Shown here: positions 49,007-49,883 of the stretch, one piece after another
How positions within the stretch are numbered: position 1 is the stretch's first letter
Layout: every line of letters begins with the position of its first letter
Assembly (NCBI GenBank): GCA_044238735.1
Contig: JBIICS010000003.1
Span: 1-49,883 of the forward strand
DNA length: 49,883 nt
From: Bacteroidia bacterium
GTDB lineage: Bacteria > Bacteroidota > Bacteroidia > UBA4408
Direction of reading: 5' to 3'
Made by a program: the position numbers and the translations under genes
Notes under the pieces: model-generated
The model's database searches: none
Seen by the model: only the letters and a program-made list of their open reading frames with translations
What the model was told of the DNA's origin: nothing

Positions 49007-49816
49007 ATGAAAACTATATTATTTTACTTATTAATTGCCGCTTTATACTTTAACTTTAGTGCCTGTAAAAAAGAGGAAGATGATCATGACCATGATCATA
49101 ATCATACAGATACAACCAAAAAAAATCCGCCCGCTAATGTTGCTACCTATGGAAAGGTAGCTTTTAATTTTGAGAATTTTGCCGGCAATGATACCCTTGT
49201 TTTTAATCAAAATTTGATTAATGAAAATGGAGATACCCTAAAAGTTAATATTTTAAATTATTATGTTACCAATGTTATTTTAAATAAGACCGCAGGTGGA
49301 ATACATAAGGAAAAAGAGAGTTATCATTTAATTGAGCATGGTAATGGAGCATCTAAATTTTTTACTTTGGATAGTGTGCCTGTTGGAAATTATAACTCTA
49401 TCACTTTTACAATAGGTGTAGACAGTATCCGAAATGTGTCGGGCATACAAAGTGGTGCTTTAGATCCTGCCAAAGGAATGTTTTGGTCGTGGAACAGCGG
49501 TTATATAATGGCCAAATTAGAGGGAAGTTCACCTCAATCCAGTCAAAGTTCAAAATTAATCAAATATCATATTGGTGGCTTTTCGGGAGCCAATAATGTT
49601 TTAAAAACAATTACATTAACCTTACCAAATCAGCTGGATATCCGAAACAATTTAATATCTACGGTAAAGATAAAAGCTGATATAATGGAGTTCTTTAAAT
49701 CTCCTAATACCATAAGTGTTGCAACAACACACACGATTCATATGCCGGGTGTTGCCGCTAAAAATATGGCAAACAATTATGCAGATATGTTTAATGTAAT
49801 TTCTGTTTTAAACTAA
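49007..49816 (+). CDS. MbnP-family lipoprotein (copper-binding-like)
   Basis: Lipobox FSAC; DHDHDHNH tract; IGVDS..N, GMFWSWNSGY..AKLEG (WxW motif), YHIGGF. Confidence 0.8.
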   Translation: MKTILFYLLIAALYFNFSACKKEEDDHDHDHNHTDTTKKNPPANVATYGKVAFNFENFAGNDTLVFNQNLINENGDTLKVNILNYYVTNVILNKTAGGIHKEKESYHLIEHGNGASKFFTLDSVPVGNYNSITFTIGVDSIRNVSGIQSGALDPAKGMFWSWNSGYIMAKLEGSSPQSSQSSKLIKYHIGGFSGANNVLKTITLTLPNQLDIRNNLISTVKIKADIMEFFKSPNTISVATTHTIHMPGVAAKNMANNYADMFNVISVLN

Positions 49817-49824
49817 TTTAATAA

Positions 49825-49847
49825 GCCGGATGTAAATTACATCCGGC
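49825..49847. other. Perfect 11-bp inverted repeat (RNA hairpin) between the MbnP-family gene and the next ORF
   Basis: GCCGGATGTAA-A-TTACATCCGGC; no U-tract on the plus strand. Confidence 0.7.
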
Positions 49848-49860
49848 ATATCTTAAAAAA

Positions 49861-49883
49861 ATGAAAAGCTCATTAAGATTTAT
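49861..49883 (+). CDS. Probable 5' end of a downstream gene, cut by the window edge
   Basis: ATG AAA AGC TCA TTA AGA TTT after an A-rich leader; only 7 codons are visible. Confidence 0.35.

Overview
AT-rich chromosomal window from a Bacteroidota genome. The assignment rests on TAnnTTTG promoters, T9SS C-terminal domains, fused SecDF, the purN/acpP-fabF-rnc order and a flavobacterial-type PurL. No rRNA, tRNA, CRISPR array, transposase or phage genes were recognised. Housekeeping genes (mtgA, purL, purN, acpP, fabF, rnc, lnt, secDF, dacB) are interleaved with a dense set of secretion and surface genes. These are a five-gene secreted fibre/T9SS-cargo cluster (6.0-15.0 kb), a T9SS reprolysin-like metalloprotease, and a minus-strand block of FG-GAP T9SS cargo, heme-motif propeller lipoprotein, PorV-family barrel, 1657-aa PorU-like C25 peptidase and Lnt. 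The window starts in a tandem array of paired REP-like palindromes and ends in a probable metal-uptake locus (His-rich porin-like protein plus MbnP-family lipoprotein). That locus is preceded by an ORF the ORF track missed: 124 codons, no ATG/GTG/TTG, a Cys cluster and a C-terminal IFKPP motif, resembling a metal-sensing leader protein. All product calls come from motif recognition by eye; no database searches were run.
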